A DNA stretch of 64,000 nt, taken from NCBI GenBank assembly GCA_963682135.1, contig OY821645.1, positions 2,979,342 through 3,043,341 of the forward strand, written 5' to 3'. The translations under genes were made by a program, and so were the position numbers. This DNA comes from Methanothrix sp. (lineage in GTDB: Archaea > Halobacteriota > Methanosarcinia > Methanotrichales > Methanotrichaceae). Numbering within the stretch: the first letter of the stretch is position 1; each line of letters begins with the position of its first letter. The notes below the pieces were generated by a model, which saw nothing but the letters and a program-made list of their open reading frames with translations, was not told the origin of the DNA and did not search any database. This document shows, in pieces, positions 33,711 to 42,809 of this stretch.

Positions 33711-35678
33711 ATGGCAAGACTTACATCAATTCAGGATCTGGAGATCTTGAGAGATGAGATGCAGTGCAAGAGAGACCCTCGGAGAAAAGAAGTCGCAATC
33801 TGCACAGGTACCGGCTGTCTGGGTCTTGGTGCACGAGCGGTGGTCAGCGCCTTTGAAAAAGAGGTGGAATTAAGAGGGCTGCAAAAAGAGATCCGCATTA
33901 AGGAGACAGGATGTCCAGGCTTTTGCGAAAAGGGAACTCTGGTTGTTGTCTCTCCCCCAGGAATCTATTACATGGGAGTGCAGCCGGATGATGTGCTGGA
34001 GGTCGTGGAGGAGACGCTTTGCAAAGGCGAGCTGGTGGAGCGCCTGCTTTACACCGATCCTGCGACCGGCCAAAAGGCAGTACTGGAAGACGATATCCCA
34101 TTTTATAATCATCAGATGAGATTTCTAATTAAGAATAATATAAAAATAAATCCTAAGGATATATACGACTATATCGCCCTGGGCGGCTATGCCGCTTTGA
34201 GCCGCGCCTTATCACAAATGTCCTCCCGGGATGTGATCGAAGAAATAAAAAAGTCCGGTCTGCGCGGCAGGGGAGGTGGCGGATTTCCCACTGGAAAAAA
34301 ATGGGAATCGACGGCGAGTGCGCCCGGCCAGCCCAAATATGTGATCGTCAATTGCGATGAAGGAGATCCGGGTGCCTTCATGGACAGAGCTCTCATGGAG
34401 GGCAATGCGCACTGCGTTTTAGAGGGGCTGATTATCGGAGCCTATGCAGTGGGAGCGCATAGCGGCTACATCTATGTGCGCATGGAGTACCCCCTGGCCG
34501 TGGAGAATACCAAGTTCGCCTTGCATCAGGCCCGAGAGCTGGGCCTTCTCGGGAAGAATATTTTGGGTAGCGGATTTGATTTCGATGTATCCGTGCACAG
34601 GGGTGCGGGTGCTTTCGTATCCGGAGAGTCGACCGCTCTCATGAATGCCCTGGAGGGCAAGGTGGGCGAGCCCCGGCCCAAGTATGTCCATACCTCTGAG
34701 TGCGGCCTCTGGAATCGACCCAGCCTGCTCAACAATGTGGAGACCTGGGCCAACATTCCTCTCATAATCAACCGAGGAGCTGATTGGTTCTCCTCCATTG
34801 GAACGGAAAAAAGCAAGGGAACCAAGATATTCTCACTGGTTGGAAAGGTCAACAATACCGGTCTGGTGGAAGTCCCCATGGGCATGAGCCTGGCCGACAT
34901 AATTTACAAGATAGGAGGCGGAATTCCCAATGGAAAGATGCTAAAAGGAGTGCAGACCGGTGGGCCATCAGGCGGAATAATTCCTGCCCGGCATTTGCAG
35001 ACGCCTGTTGATTATGAAGAACTCACCAGGCTTGGCTCCATGATGGGCTCAGGCAGCATTATTGTCATCGACGAGGATACCTGCGCCGTCGATTTGGCCC
35101 GCTACTTCGTTGACTTTCTTTGCGATGAGTCCTGCGGCAAGTGTCTGCCCTGCCGGGAGGGCTTGCTCAGGATGCGAGAGACATTGGACGGCATAGTCTC
35201 GGGCATTGGCCGAGAAGAAGACCTGCAAAATCTCAAAGAGGTCGCCGAGCTGATGAGAAGGACGTCGCTGTGTGCCTTAGGCCGTACAGCCATAAATCCG
35301 GTCTTAAGTACATTATCTTACTATCCTGATGAATATGCGGCCCATATAATCGAGAAGAGGTGCCCCTCTCTGGCCTGCAAAGCTCTTGTTTCTTATTATG
35401 TCGAGCCGGAGGTTTGCATAGGCTGCGGCCTTTGCAGGAAGAACTGTCCCCAGGGAGCAATCGAGGGAGAGGAGGGAAGCATTAGCGTCATAGACCAATC
35501 CCGTTGCACTCGATGCGGCATTTGCTTCGATGTCTGTCCGCCAAAGGCGAGGGCCGTTGCGAAAGTCTCTCGCGGACTTTTCCGATCATCATCTTCCTCA
35601 TCATCGTTATCTCCATCGTTAATGCCATCATCATCTTTGACCGGTTTAGAGAAAGCAAACAGAGGTGAGAGGCCATGA
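33711..35678 (+). CDS. Long NuoF/HydB-like FMN/NAD(P)-binding subunit
   Basis: N-terminal CTGTGC…CPGFC, GLRGRGGGGFPTG, DEGDPGAFMDR, GGPSGG, CGKCLPCREG, C-terminal 2x[4Fe-4S] (CIGCGLCRKNCP; CTRCGICFDVCP). Confidence 0.93.
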   Translation: MARLTSIQDLEILRDEMQCKRDPRRKEVAICTGTGCLGLGARAVVSAFEKEVELRGLQKEIRIKETGCPGFCEKGTLVVVSPPGIYYMGVQPDDVLEVVEETLCKGELVERLLYTDPATGQKAVLEDDIPFYNHQMRFLIKNNIKINPKDIYDYIALGGYAALSRALSQMSSRDVIEEIKKSGLRGRGGGGFPTGKKWESTASAPGQPKYVIVNCDEGDPGAFMDRALMEGNAHCVLEGLIIGAYAVGAHSGYIYVRMEYPLAVENTKFALHQARELGLLGKNILGSGFDFDVSVHRGAGAFVSGESTALMNALEGKVGEPRPKYVHTSECGLWNRPSLLNNVETWANIPLIINRGADWFSSIGTEKSKGTKIFSLVGKVNNTGLVEVPMGMSLADIIYKIGGGIPNGKMLKGVQTGGPSGGIIPARHLQTPVDYEELTRLGSMMGSGSIIVIDEDTCAVDLARYFVDFLCDESCGKCLPCREGLLRMRETLDGIVSGIGREEDLQNLKEVAELMRRTSLCALGRTAINPVLSTLSYYPDEYAAHIIEKRCPSLACKALVSYYVEPEVCIGCGLCRKNCPQGAIEGEEGSISVIDQSRCTRCGICFDVCPPKARAVAKVSRGLFRSSSSSSSLSPSLMPSSSLTGLEKANRGERP

Positions 35679-37165
35679 CCAAATTGAAGATGACAATCGA
35701 CGGTCATGAGATAGAGACCTCTAGCGAGAGTGGCTCGACCACGATCCTGGAGGCGGCAAGGCTTGCCGGCATTCATATCCCGACGCTGTGCCATCATCCT
35801 TCTCTGGAAGCTTATGGATCCTGTCGTCTGTGTACTGTGCAAGTCGTTAAAAACGGCAGGAAAAAGTTTGTCACCGCCTGCAACTATCCAATAGAGGAAG
35901 GGCTTGTTGTAAATACCTGTACAGAGGAGATTGCAGGCATCCGAAAAATGATCCTGGAGCTTCTCCTGGCCCGCTGTCCCCAGGAGAAGAGATGGCAGGA
36001 GATGGCAGGAGAATATGGGATTATCAAGTCACGCTTCTCGCCGGAGGACAAGAATTGCATTCTTTGCGGACTATGCTACCGGGTCTGCGAGGAACTGGTG
36101 GGCGTGGCGGCCATCAATGCTCAGAACCGTGGCGTCTCCCGGGAGGTGGATACACCCTATGGCGAGCTATCGGAAGACTGCATCGCATGCGGTGCATGTG
36201 CTCTGGTCTGTCCTACAAATTCCATCATAGAACGAAAGAACATTTACCCGCTCACCTCAGTCGATATCAAAGAGATGGAAGAGGAATTCCTCAGTGGACA
36301 CATTGATGATGATCTGGGGATAAATAGAGAAATGCTGGCCGCAAAGAGCAGCATTGAAGGGCAGGATGGGGGTATGGTAACCTCAATACTCCAGCGTGGA
36401 ATTGAGACGGGACTGCTGGATGGAGCAGTAGTCGCCCCAAAAGATGAACGCGTGGGAGCGAAAGCCGCTCTTGTTGATGGAGTGGAATCGATTTTGCAGG
36501 CAAGAGGGACGAAATACGTTCGGGTGTCCGTCATCGCCCCGCTCCTGGAGGCCTTAGAGAGGGGCAAAAGGAGAATTGCCGTTGTCGGCACACCCTGTCA
36601 GATGCGAATGGTCAGAAAATTACAGAGGCAGGGCTATTTTAATGAAAAATTTCCAGATGCCAGGATATTTCTCATCGGCCTCTTCTGCTTTGAAAGCTTC
36701 GATTATGAATCCCTTAAAAGCCGCATGAAGGAGCATTTCGGCATAGATCTGGATAGGGCGGAAAAGATGCAGATCGCCAGAGGGAAATTCATAGTGGCAG
36801 CGGACGGCAAAGAGTACTCCTGCCGGGTGCGAGATCTTGGAGACTCTGTGAGAGAAGGCTGCGGATTTTGTGGTGATCTGGTAAGCCGGCTGGCAGATAT
36901 TTCTATAGGCTCGATTGGGAGCGAGGAAGGATATTCCACTGTGATAGTGAGATCCGAGTGGGGGGAGAAGCTGCTGGAAGCGGTGCAATTTGATCGAAAG
37001 GAGATCAATCGAGAGGAGATTGTCAAACTGGCTGCAATCAAGCGGAAGAATGCCGACAAAAATTTTGCGGGGATCGTGGCCGGGCTGCCGGAACGGCTGG
37101 AGGCGCAGAGGAATGAGTGCGCTTTGTCTCCTGCAAAGGTCTTTAATTCAGAGATCTTATCCTGA
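35675..37165 (+). CDS. Fusion of NuoG/HydA-type N-terminal Fe-S module to FrhB/FdhB-type F420-binding domain
   Basis: IPTLC…GSCRLC…TAC 2Fe-2S, CILCGLCYRVC, CIACGACALVCP; FrhB motifs QDGGMVTS, GTKY, VGTPCQ, IGLFCFESF, CGFC…ADISIGS. Confidence 0.9.
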   Translation: MTKLKMTIDGHEIETSSESGSTTILEAARLAGIHIPTLCHHPSLEAYGSCRLCTVQVVKNGRKKFVTACNYPIEEGLVVNTCTEEIAGIRKMILELLLARCPQEKRWQEMAGEYGIIKSRFSPEDKNCILCGLCYRVCEELVGVAAINAQNRGVSREVDTPYGELSEDCIACGACALVCPTNSIIERKNIYPLTSVDIKEMEEEFLSGHIDDDLGINREMLAAKSSIEGQDGGMVTSILQRGIETGLLDGAVVAPKDERVGAKAALVDGVESILQARGTKYVRVSVIAPLLEALERGKRRIAVVGTPCQMRMVRKLQRQGYFNEKFPDARIFLIGLFCFESFDYESLKSRMKEHFGIDLDRAEKMQIARGKFIVAADGKEYSCRVRDLGDSVREGCGFCGDLVSRLADISIGSIGSEEGYSTVIVRSEWGEKLLEAVQFDRKEINREEIVKLAAIKRKNADKNFAGIVAGLPERLEAQRNECALSPAKVFNSEILS

Positions 37166-37219
37166 ACCCTCATTTTTCGCTCGAAAGATCTATACCGGAA
37201 TAAGCCCAAACATTCAGGC

Positions 37220-37534
37220 ATGGACTACTCATTCAAGCGAGGCTTCAAGCCTGACTTAGAGCGAATATCAAAGGCACTGGAAGAGGAATTTCCCACCGAG
37301 ATCAAAGAGGAGAACGGCAAGCTTCTGCTCAGCTATGGAGCTCTTAAGAGCGTCTGTGTGTCAATCACCGGCAAGAAGCTCACTGTGACCACAGAGTCGC
37401 TAATAGGCGCCAGCGACGTCGTTGCCATGGATACCAACAAACGTTTTAGAAATTTCCTGGAAAAGGCCACAGGCTACACCGCCAAGCAGAGGCTGCAGAT
37501 GGCCAAAAAAGAGGCGACCAAAGGGGCTGATTGA
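37220..37534 (+). CDS. Conserved archaeal protein (DUF5611-like)
   Basis: YSFKRGF start, SYGAL, FLEKATGYTAKQR. Confidence 0.75.
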   Translation: MDYSFKRGFKPDLERISKALEEEFPTEIKEENGKLLLSYGALKSVCVSITGKKLTVTTESLIGASDVVAMDTNKRFRNFLEKATGYTAKQRLQMAKKEATKGAD

Positions 37535-37558
37535 TGCCACTCTTGGGCTTTCATTTTT

Positions 37559-38674
37559 TTAGTAAATAGTCAGCTTGCCTTTAACAAACTGCTCCACCAG
37601 ATCCTCTGTGCTCTCCAGCCAGAAGTCCAGGATGCGATCTACCTTTGACTCCATAGCCGCAGTCAGAGCCATGTCGCCTGAGATCTGCACGCCTCGCAGG
37701 AGAGGCTGGTTTATGGGCGAGCCGATCTTACTGACCAGAGTCACGTAGGCCTCCTCCACCCCTTCCAGCTCTGCGATCTCGGCTGCCGCTTTATGCGCCA
37801 GCACATTGTAGATCTTGCCCACGTGGCTGACCGGATTCTTTCCGGCTATGGCCTCCATGGTCATGGGCCGCATGGGGGTGATCAGGCCATTGCCGCGATT
37901 GCCCCGCCCCGTGGCTCCATCGTCTCCCATCTCAATTGAGGTGCCGGTAACCGTGAGGTAGATATTCTCCCCGGCGTCGGCGCAGTTCACACCTACCTCT
38001 ACCTCACCGCCATGATCTGCCTGGGCCTTTCTCATAACTGCTTCCCGGACGGCAGCCTTGGCCTCATCGTAATCCTCTCGCGAATTGATATACCGGGAGA
38101 CCATGGCTGTGGCTACTACGAGGGTCAGCCGGTCTCCGATGCGCACCGCCATGAGCTTAATGTCCTCGCCGGCAGCGGGCACGCCTCTTACCACTTGCTC
38201 CAGATCCAGGATGAGCTGCTCGGTATTACTGCGTGGTGCATATCCTACTCCAATGGAGGTATCATTGGCTCCCCGGCCGATGAGGCTACGTAGCTCCGGA
38301 GCGCCCTCTTCCACGCGCGGCTCGACCAGGAATTGCTGCAGATTTTTAACAGTTTTATGAAAATGCGAAGTAGTGGCATCTTCAATGATCTCAGCCATCG
38401 CCTTTGCGGATGGCCGGCTGGCCCTGCCGCCCACAACCACAGAAGGGGGCTTCAGAATCGTACCACCGGCAAAGCGGGGCGCGCTCTTGCCGGCGATGAT
38501 GAGGACCTTGTCCACATTATGGTGCAGGACCCTGCCGAACTCATCCAGATAAAACCGGCAGAGTGAGCGGGAGATGGCTTCAGAGATGCCGTCCGCCAGG
38601 GTATCCGGGTGACCCAGGCCTTTTCTTTCTACGACCTCGAAGGGAAGCGGATTGTGTTTAATGAGGGTGATCAT
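37559..38674 (-). CDS. mat: Archaeal-type methionine adenosyltransferase
   Basis: [43 protein letters not shown]. Confidence 0.95.
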   Translation of the reverse strand: MITLIKHNPLPFEVVERKGLGHPDTLADGISEAISRSLCRFYLDEFGRVLHHNVDKVLIIAGKSAPRFAGGTILKPPSVVVGGRASRPSAKAMAEIIEDATTSHFHKTVKNLQQFLVEPRVEEGAPELRSLIGRGANDTSIGVGYAPRSNTEQLILDLEQVVRGVPAAGEDIKLMAVRIGDRLTLVVATAMVSRYINSREDYDEAKAAVREAVMRKAQADHGGEVEVGVNCADAGENIYLTVTGTSIEMGDDGATGRGNRGNGLITPMRPMTMEAIAGKNPVSHVGKIYNVLAHKAAAEIAELEGVEEAYVTLVSKIGSPINQPLLRGVQISGDMALTAAMESKVDRILDFWLESTEDLVEQFVKGKLTIY

Positions 38675-38792
38675 AAAAACCACAGGATATAATTAGGTGG
38701 ATTATGATTAATACTTTTCTGGGAGAGAAAATTTTTCGGTTTACCGCTTCAGGCATGAATTTATAAGCATGAAAAACTCAGGGTTTCTTTAT

Positions 38793-40028
38793 ATGAGTGA
38801 AACATCGGCCATTTCCGGTCAAGAGACCATTCAGGAGTCCTTTGTAAAGAGGATAAGCGCTCTACAGTCCGACAACAAGAGCCTCGCCGAAGAACTGGAA
38901 ACCACCAGGATGGAGAGGGAAGAGGTAAGAGCAAAGCTCTTTGAGTCCCTCATTGCCAATAAGAAGTATCTGCGAGAGGTTGAACGGCTGAAGAAAGAGA
39001 ATATCCTTCTCAAGAGGATGCCGTTATTCCTGGCAACGGTAGTGGAGATGGGTTCGGACTATGTCCTTCTCAGGCAACACGGCAATAATCAGGAGTTCAT
39101 CACCACTGCTCCGCCGGAGCTGATGGGGATGATCCAGACCAACTCTCGTGTGGCTATAAACAACTCTCTGACCATCGTTCGCGTACTGGATCGCTCTGTG
39201 GATGTCCGGGCTAAGGTAATGGAGCTGATAGAGGCACCAGATGTGTCCTACGAGCAGGTCGGCGGTCTGGAAAGCCAGATTCAGGAGATCAGGGAGACTG
39301 TGGAGCTGCCGCTCACCAATCCCGCAATCTTCAAGGACATCGGCATAGAGCCGCCCAGAGGCGTCCTGCTCTACGGTCTGCCGGGAACGGGCAAGACCAT
39401 GCTCGCCAAAGCTGTAGCTCACGAATCCAAAGCCACTTTCATCCACATGTCCGGATCGGAGCTGGTTCATAAGTTCATAGGAGAGGGCGCGCAGCTTGTT
39501 CGCGATATCTTCCAGATGGCGCGCGAGAAGGCTCCCAGCATCATATTCATCGACGAGATCGACGCCGTGGGAAGCATTCGAACCCATGACGGCACCACGG
39601 GAAGCGCCGAGGTTAACCGCACAATGATGCAGCTGCTGGCAGAGATGGATGGGTTTAGGACCAGGGGAGACATCAAGATCATCGCAGCTACGAACAGGAT
39701 TGATATTCTGGATCCTGCACTGCTGCGGCCCGGTCGTTTTGACAGGATCATTGAGATTCCCATGCCTTCAGCAGTTGGAAGGCTCAAGATCCTGGAGATT
39801 CATTCCCGGAAGATGAAGAAGGATGAGGACGTGGATCTGATGGAGATTGTCAAAGTCACCGAGGAAGCAAGTGGTGCCGACCTTAATGCCATTGTAGTTG
39901 AAGCAGGCATGAATGCGTTGCGCAGAGGCGCATCTTCGGTTGGCATGAGCGATTTCGAGACGGCAATCAGAAAGGTTCTCGGGGATGAGATGGAAGGATC
40001 GGAAGAAGCTCTGCGGATGTTCTCTTAG
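38793..40028 (+). CDS. pan: Proteasome-activating nucleotidase
   Basis: N-terminal coiled coil plus [17 protein letters not shown] pore loop, EVNRTMMQLLAEMDGF, C-terminal MFS. Confidence 0.93.
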   Translation: MSETSAISGQETIQESFVKRISALQSDNKSLAEELETTRMEREEVRAKLFESLIANKKYLREVERLKKENILLKRMPLFLATVVEMGSDYVLLRQHGNNQEFITTAPPELMGMIQTNSRVAINNSLTIVRVLDRSVDVRAKVMELIEAPDVSYEQVGGLESQIQEIRETVELPLTNPAIFKDIGIEPPRGVLLYGLPGTGKTMLAKAVAHESKATFIHMSGSELVHKFIGEGAQLVRDIFQMAREKAPSIIFIDEIDAVGSIRTHDGTTGSAEVNRTMMQLLAEMDGFRTRGDIKIIAATNRIDILDPALLRPGRFDRIIEIPMPSAVGRLKILEIHSRKMKKDEDVDLMEIVKVTEEASGADLNAIVVEAGMNALRRGASSVGMSDFETAIRKVLGDEMEGSEEALRMFS

Positions 40029-40159
40029 GCGGCATAAAGCCGCCATTGTTTTTATATCTCTGGCAATATATTTTTGCAGTCTTTCAGTCAATTTGCTCCA
40101 TTCTATTGTCCCGTTAAGTCCGGAAATCTTTAAGTACTCATTTTCTATCCTAGCCTTCG

Positions 40160-41086
40160 ATGAATCTTACAGCGATGGCAGGCATGACCGATCCGATTCT
40201 ACTGGCAAATTGGATTCAGAAGGCTGTGGATTCAACGACCGGCAGACATGTTGATCTGGTCTTTATCCAGATCCTGGCAAATGCCGTCAGCAACATCGAT
40301 CTGGCGTCCATTTTTTTAAATGTTTTTTTTGTAATATTGATTGCGCTTTTGACTCGCTCCGCTGTGCGCATCGTAGACCGCATGTTGGTGAATTATCTTC
40401 CCACTGTAGCCTGCAAGGTGCAGATGAAGATGGACGAGACCATGCAGCTCATGATGCGCAGATTGGTTTCTGCCACTATCTACGTTATCGGTCTCATGCT
40501 CATCATCTATCAGATACCGCAGCTAAGAAGCCTTGTCACCGCCATACTCGCCGGTGCGGGTATCGCAGGTCTGGCCATCGGCTTTGCCGCCAAGGACTCG
40601 CTCTCCAACTTCACCTCCAGCATATTCCTCGCTGTTTTCCAGCCCTTCCGGGTGGGAGATTCAGTGGACTTTCGGGGCGAATACGGCCAGATTGAGGATT
40701 TGACACTGAGGCATACGGTAATCAGAACTACCGACAACAAGAGAATTATTGTTCCCAATAGCATCATGAGCATGGAGCCGATCATCAACTGGTCCATCAG
40801 GGAACCGGAGATAATCTGGATGGTGGATTTCGACCTGGAAAAAGCTTCCGACATCGACAAAGCCAGAGAGATCATCCTCAAAGCTGCAAAGAGCCACCCC
40901 ATGGTGCTAAAAGACAAGACCATCAATGTGCTGCTATTGAACTCTCGGTACTCGGAACTGACCCTCCGGTTAGAGGTTCCTGTCCCCGGAAGAAACGTAG
41001 CAAAGGTTATCGGTTGCGACATAAGAGAGAAGGTCAAAAAGGAGTTCGAGGTAGCGGGAATACCACCGGCGTCATCGCCTAATTAG
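40160..41086 (+). CDS. MscS mechanosensitive channel
   Basis: GAGIAGLAIGFAAKDSLSN, PFRVGD, IIVPN. Confidence 0.92.
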   Translation: MNLTAMAGMTDPILLANWIQKAVDSTTGRHVDLVFIQILANAVSNIDLASIFLNVFFVILIALLTRSAVRIVDRMLVNYLPTVACKVQMKMDETMQLMMRRLVSATIYVIGLMLIIYQIPQLRSLVTAILAGAGIAGLAIGFAAKDSLSNFTSSIFLAVFQPFRVGDSVDFRGEYGQIEDLTLRHTVIRTTDNKRIIVPNSIMSMEPIINWSIREPEIIWMVDFDLEKASDIDKAREIILKAAKSHPMVLKDKTINVLLLNSRYSELTLRLEVPVPGRNVAKVIGCDIREKVKKEFEVAGIPPASSPN

Positions 41087-41129
41087 AAATTATCTTAGGT
41101 ATTTTTGCTTGAAATTGAGTCTTTTCAGA

Positions 41130-41242
41130 ATTTAACTTGTAGGATTGCGAAGGACTGATTTCGCTGACCGCGGGTCAGCGAGAGTTTCAACGAGAAGTCG
41201 AAACATCGGTAAGTCCCCATCCTTCAGGACGCGGTAGTTCAC
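41130..41242 (+). mobile_element. Non-autonomous palindromic element with IS200/IS605-like right end (copy 1)
   Basis: Near-identical to 51019..51118; hairpin TCGCTGACC/GGTCAGCGA; ends AAGTCCCCATCCTTCAGGACGCGGTAGTTCAC. Confidence 0.65.
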
Positions 41243-41247
41243 CAGTC

Positions 41248-41865
41248 TCACCTATGCGCCGCAAAAATCTCCTGAAGCTTCATAATCTCGTCTCTCACGT
41301 TTTCTTTGGCCACAACACAGGATATGGCGCACAGCCCATCTGCTCCCGCTCTGACGACCTCCCCCGCATTGCAATGATTGATGCCGCCAATAGCGATCAG
41401 TGGAATTTCGACCTCTGTCCGGATCTCTTCAATCAGTCTGATGCCCGCCGGCTTTCCGGCATCCGGTTTAGTGGCGGTCTGGAAGATGGGTGAGACTCCC
41501 AGGTAGTCAGCTCCGATGCTTTCTGCCGCCAGGGCTTCGGCAAGATTGTGAACGGTAACGCCGATGATCATATCGTGCCCCAGCAGTTTGCGGGCGGCAA
41601 GGCACGGCATATCGGACTGGCCCAGATGAACGCCATCAGCCTCTGCTGCAAGGGCAATGTCTATGCGATCGTTGACAAGAAATAATGAGCCGGAGTCCCG
41701 GCATATCTCCCGCAGCCGCACAGCTTCCTGGTACATTTGCAGCGTTTCTGCGTTCTTGTTTCTGTACTGGACAACTTTTACTCCGCAGGAGACCGCAGAG
41801 AGAACATCGCTCTCATTTCCGGCACGGCTCAATTTGCCGTCCGTTATGAAGTAGTATCCTTTCAC
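41248..41865 (-). CDS. thiE: Thiamine-phosphate synthase
   Basis: VQYRNK, LVNDRID, GVHLGQSD, TATK, AIGGI. Confidence 0.95.
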   Translation of the reverse strand: MKGYYFITDGKLSRAGNESDVLSAVSCGVKVVQYRNKNAETLQMYQEAVRLREICRDSGSLFLVNDRIDIALAAEADGVHLGQSDMPCLAARKLLGHDMIIGVTVHNLAEALAAESIGADYLGVSPIFQTATKPDAGKPAGIRLIEEIRTEVEIPLIAIGGINHCNAGEVVRAGADGLCAISCVVAKENVRDEIMKLQEIFAAHR

Positions 41866-42656
41866 TCTTTTGTCCTCTGCATTCTCTGTACTGTTTCGCT
41901 GTCAAGATTGTACACGGCATCAAAGAGCATTTCCTTGAAGCTGCCCGGTCCTTCTGCCTTTGCGGCTGCCAGTTCTGCCGCGACCTCGTAACAGACAAGA
42001 CCGGCAACACAGGCATCAACGCAGTCCCTTTCCACAGCGGCAAATGTGCCTATTACTGATGTTGCCATGCATCCTGTGCCCACAATATTTGCCATCATGC
42101 AGTGACCGTTCAACACCCTTACCACTCTCTTTTCATCGGCCACAATATCCTCTTTTCCGGTGATAACCACGGTGCAATTCCTTTTTGCAGCCAGGTCGCG
42201 CGCTATCTCCTGAAGATTCTTCTCCACGTCCGAGGCGTCCACCCCCCTGGTAGAAACGCTCTCTCCGGCTATGCGAGCGATCTCGGAAGAATTGCCCTTT
42301 ATGATGTTCACCTTTACCTTATCCAGAATCTCAAAACATTTATCATCGCGAAATTTTGTGGCTCCGGCTCCGCAGACATCAAGGACCACCGGTATTCCCT
42401 TTTTATTGGCACTCTTTGCGGCAAGTATCACGGCCTCGACAAAATCAGTTGTCAGAGTTCCGATATTCAAAACCAGAGCCGAAGCTATGCCTGCCATCTC
42501 TGCCACCTCTTCCCTGGCATGAGCCATGACCGGAGAGGCTCCAAATACCTTGACAATATTAGCACAATCGTAAATAGTCACCCAGTTAGTCAGGTGATGT
42601 ATGAGCGGCTTTTCCCTTCTCACTCTTTCCAGGCAATCGGATGCGATGTTTTTCAC
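41862..42656 (-). CDS. thiM: Hydroxyethylthiazole kinase
   Basis: HHLTNWV, GASPVMAH, LNIGT, KGNSSEI, VGTGC. Confidence 0.95.
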   Translation of the reverse strand: MKNIASDCLERVRREKPLIHHLTNWVTIYDCANIVKVFGASPVMAHAREEVAEMAGIASALVLNIGTLTTDFVEAVILAAKSANKKGIPVVLDVCGAGATKFRDDKCFEILDKVKVNIIKGNSSEIARIAGESVSTRGVDASDVEKNLQEIARDLAAKRNCTVVITGKEDIVADEKRVVRVLNGHCMMANIVGTGCMATSVIGTFAAVERDCVDACVAGLVCYEVAAELAAAKAEGPGSFKEMLFDAVYNLDSETVQRMQRTKE

Positions 42657-42809
42657 GTGGCTGTCTCCTGTTCTCGAATATTTTATTGGACTGATCGTCA
42701 GAAGTTATAATGTTTTCTGTCTACCATGTGGTAGCAAAGGTAAAAATAATACTCAGATGCTTGGCAGTGGCAACAACGAATGCAATCTGAGTTCGAGGTA
42801 TCAAGATCT

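Noticed and set aside
35580-35640. Ser-rich TCA-repeat tail on the NuoF-like subunit
   Set aside because: Short low-complexity extension after the last domain; no evidence of function or phase variation
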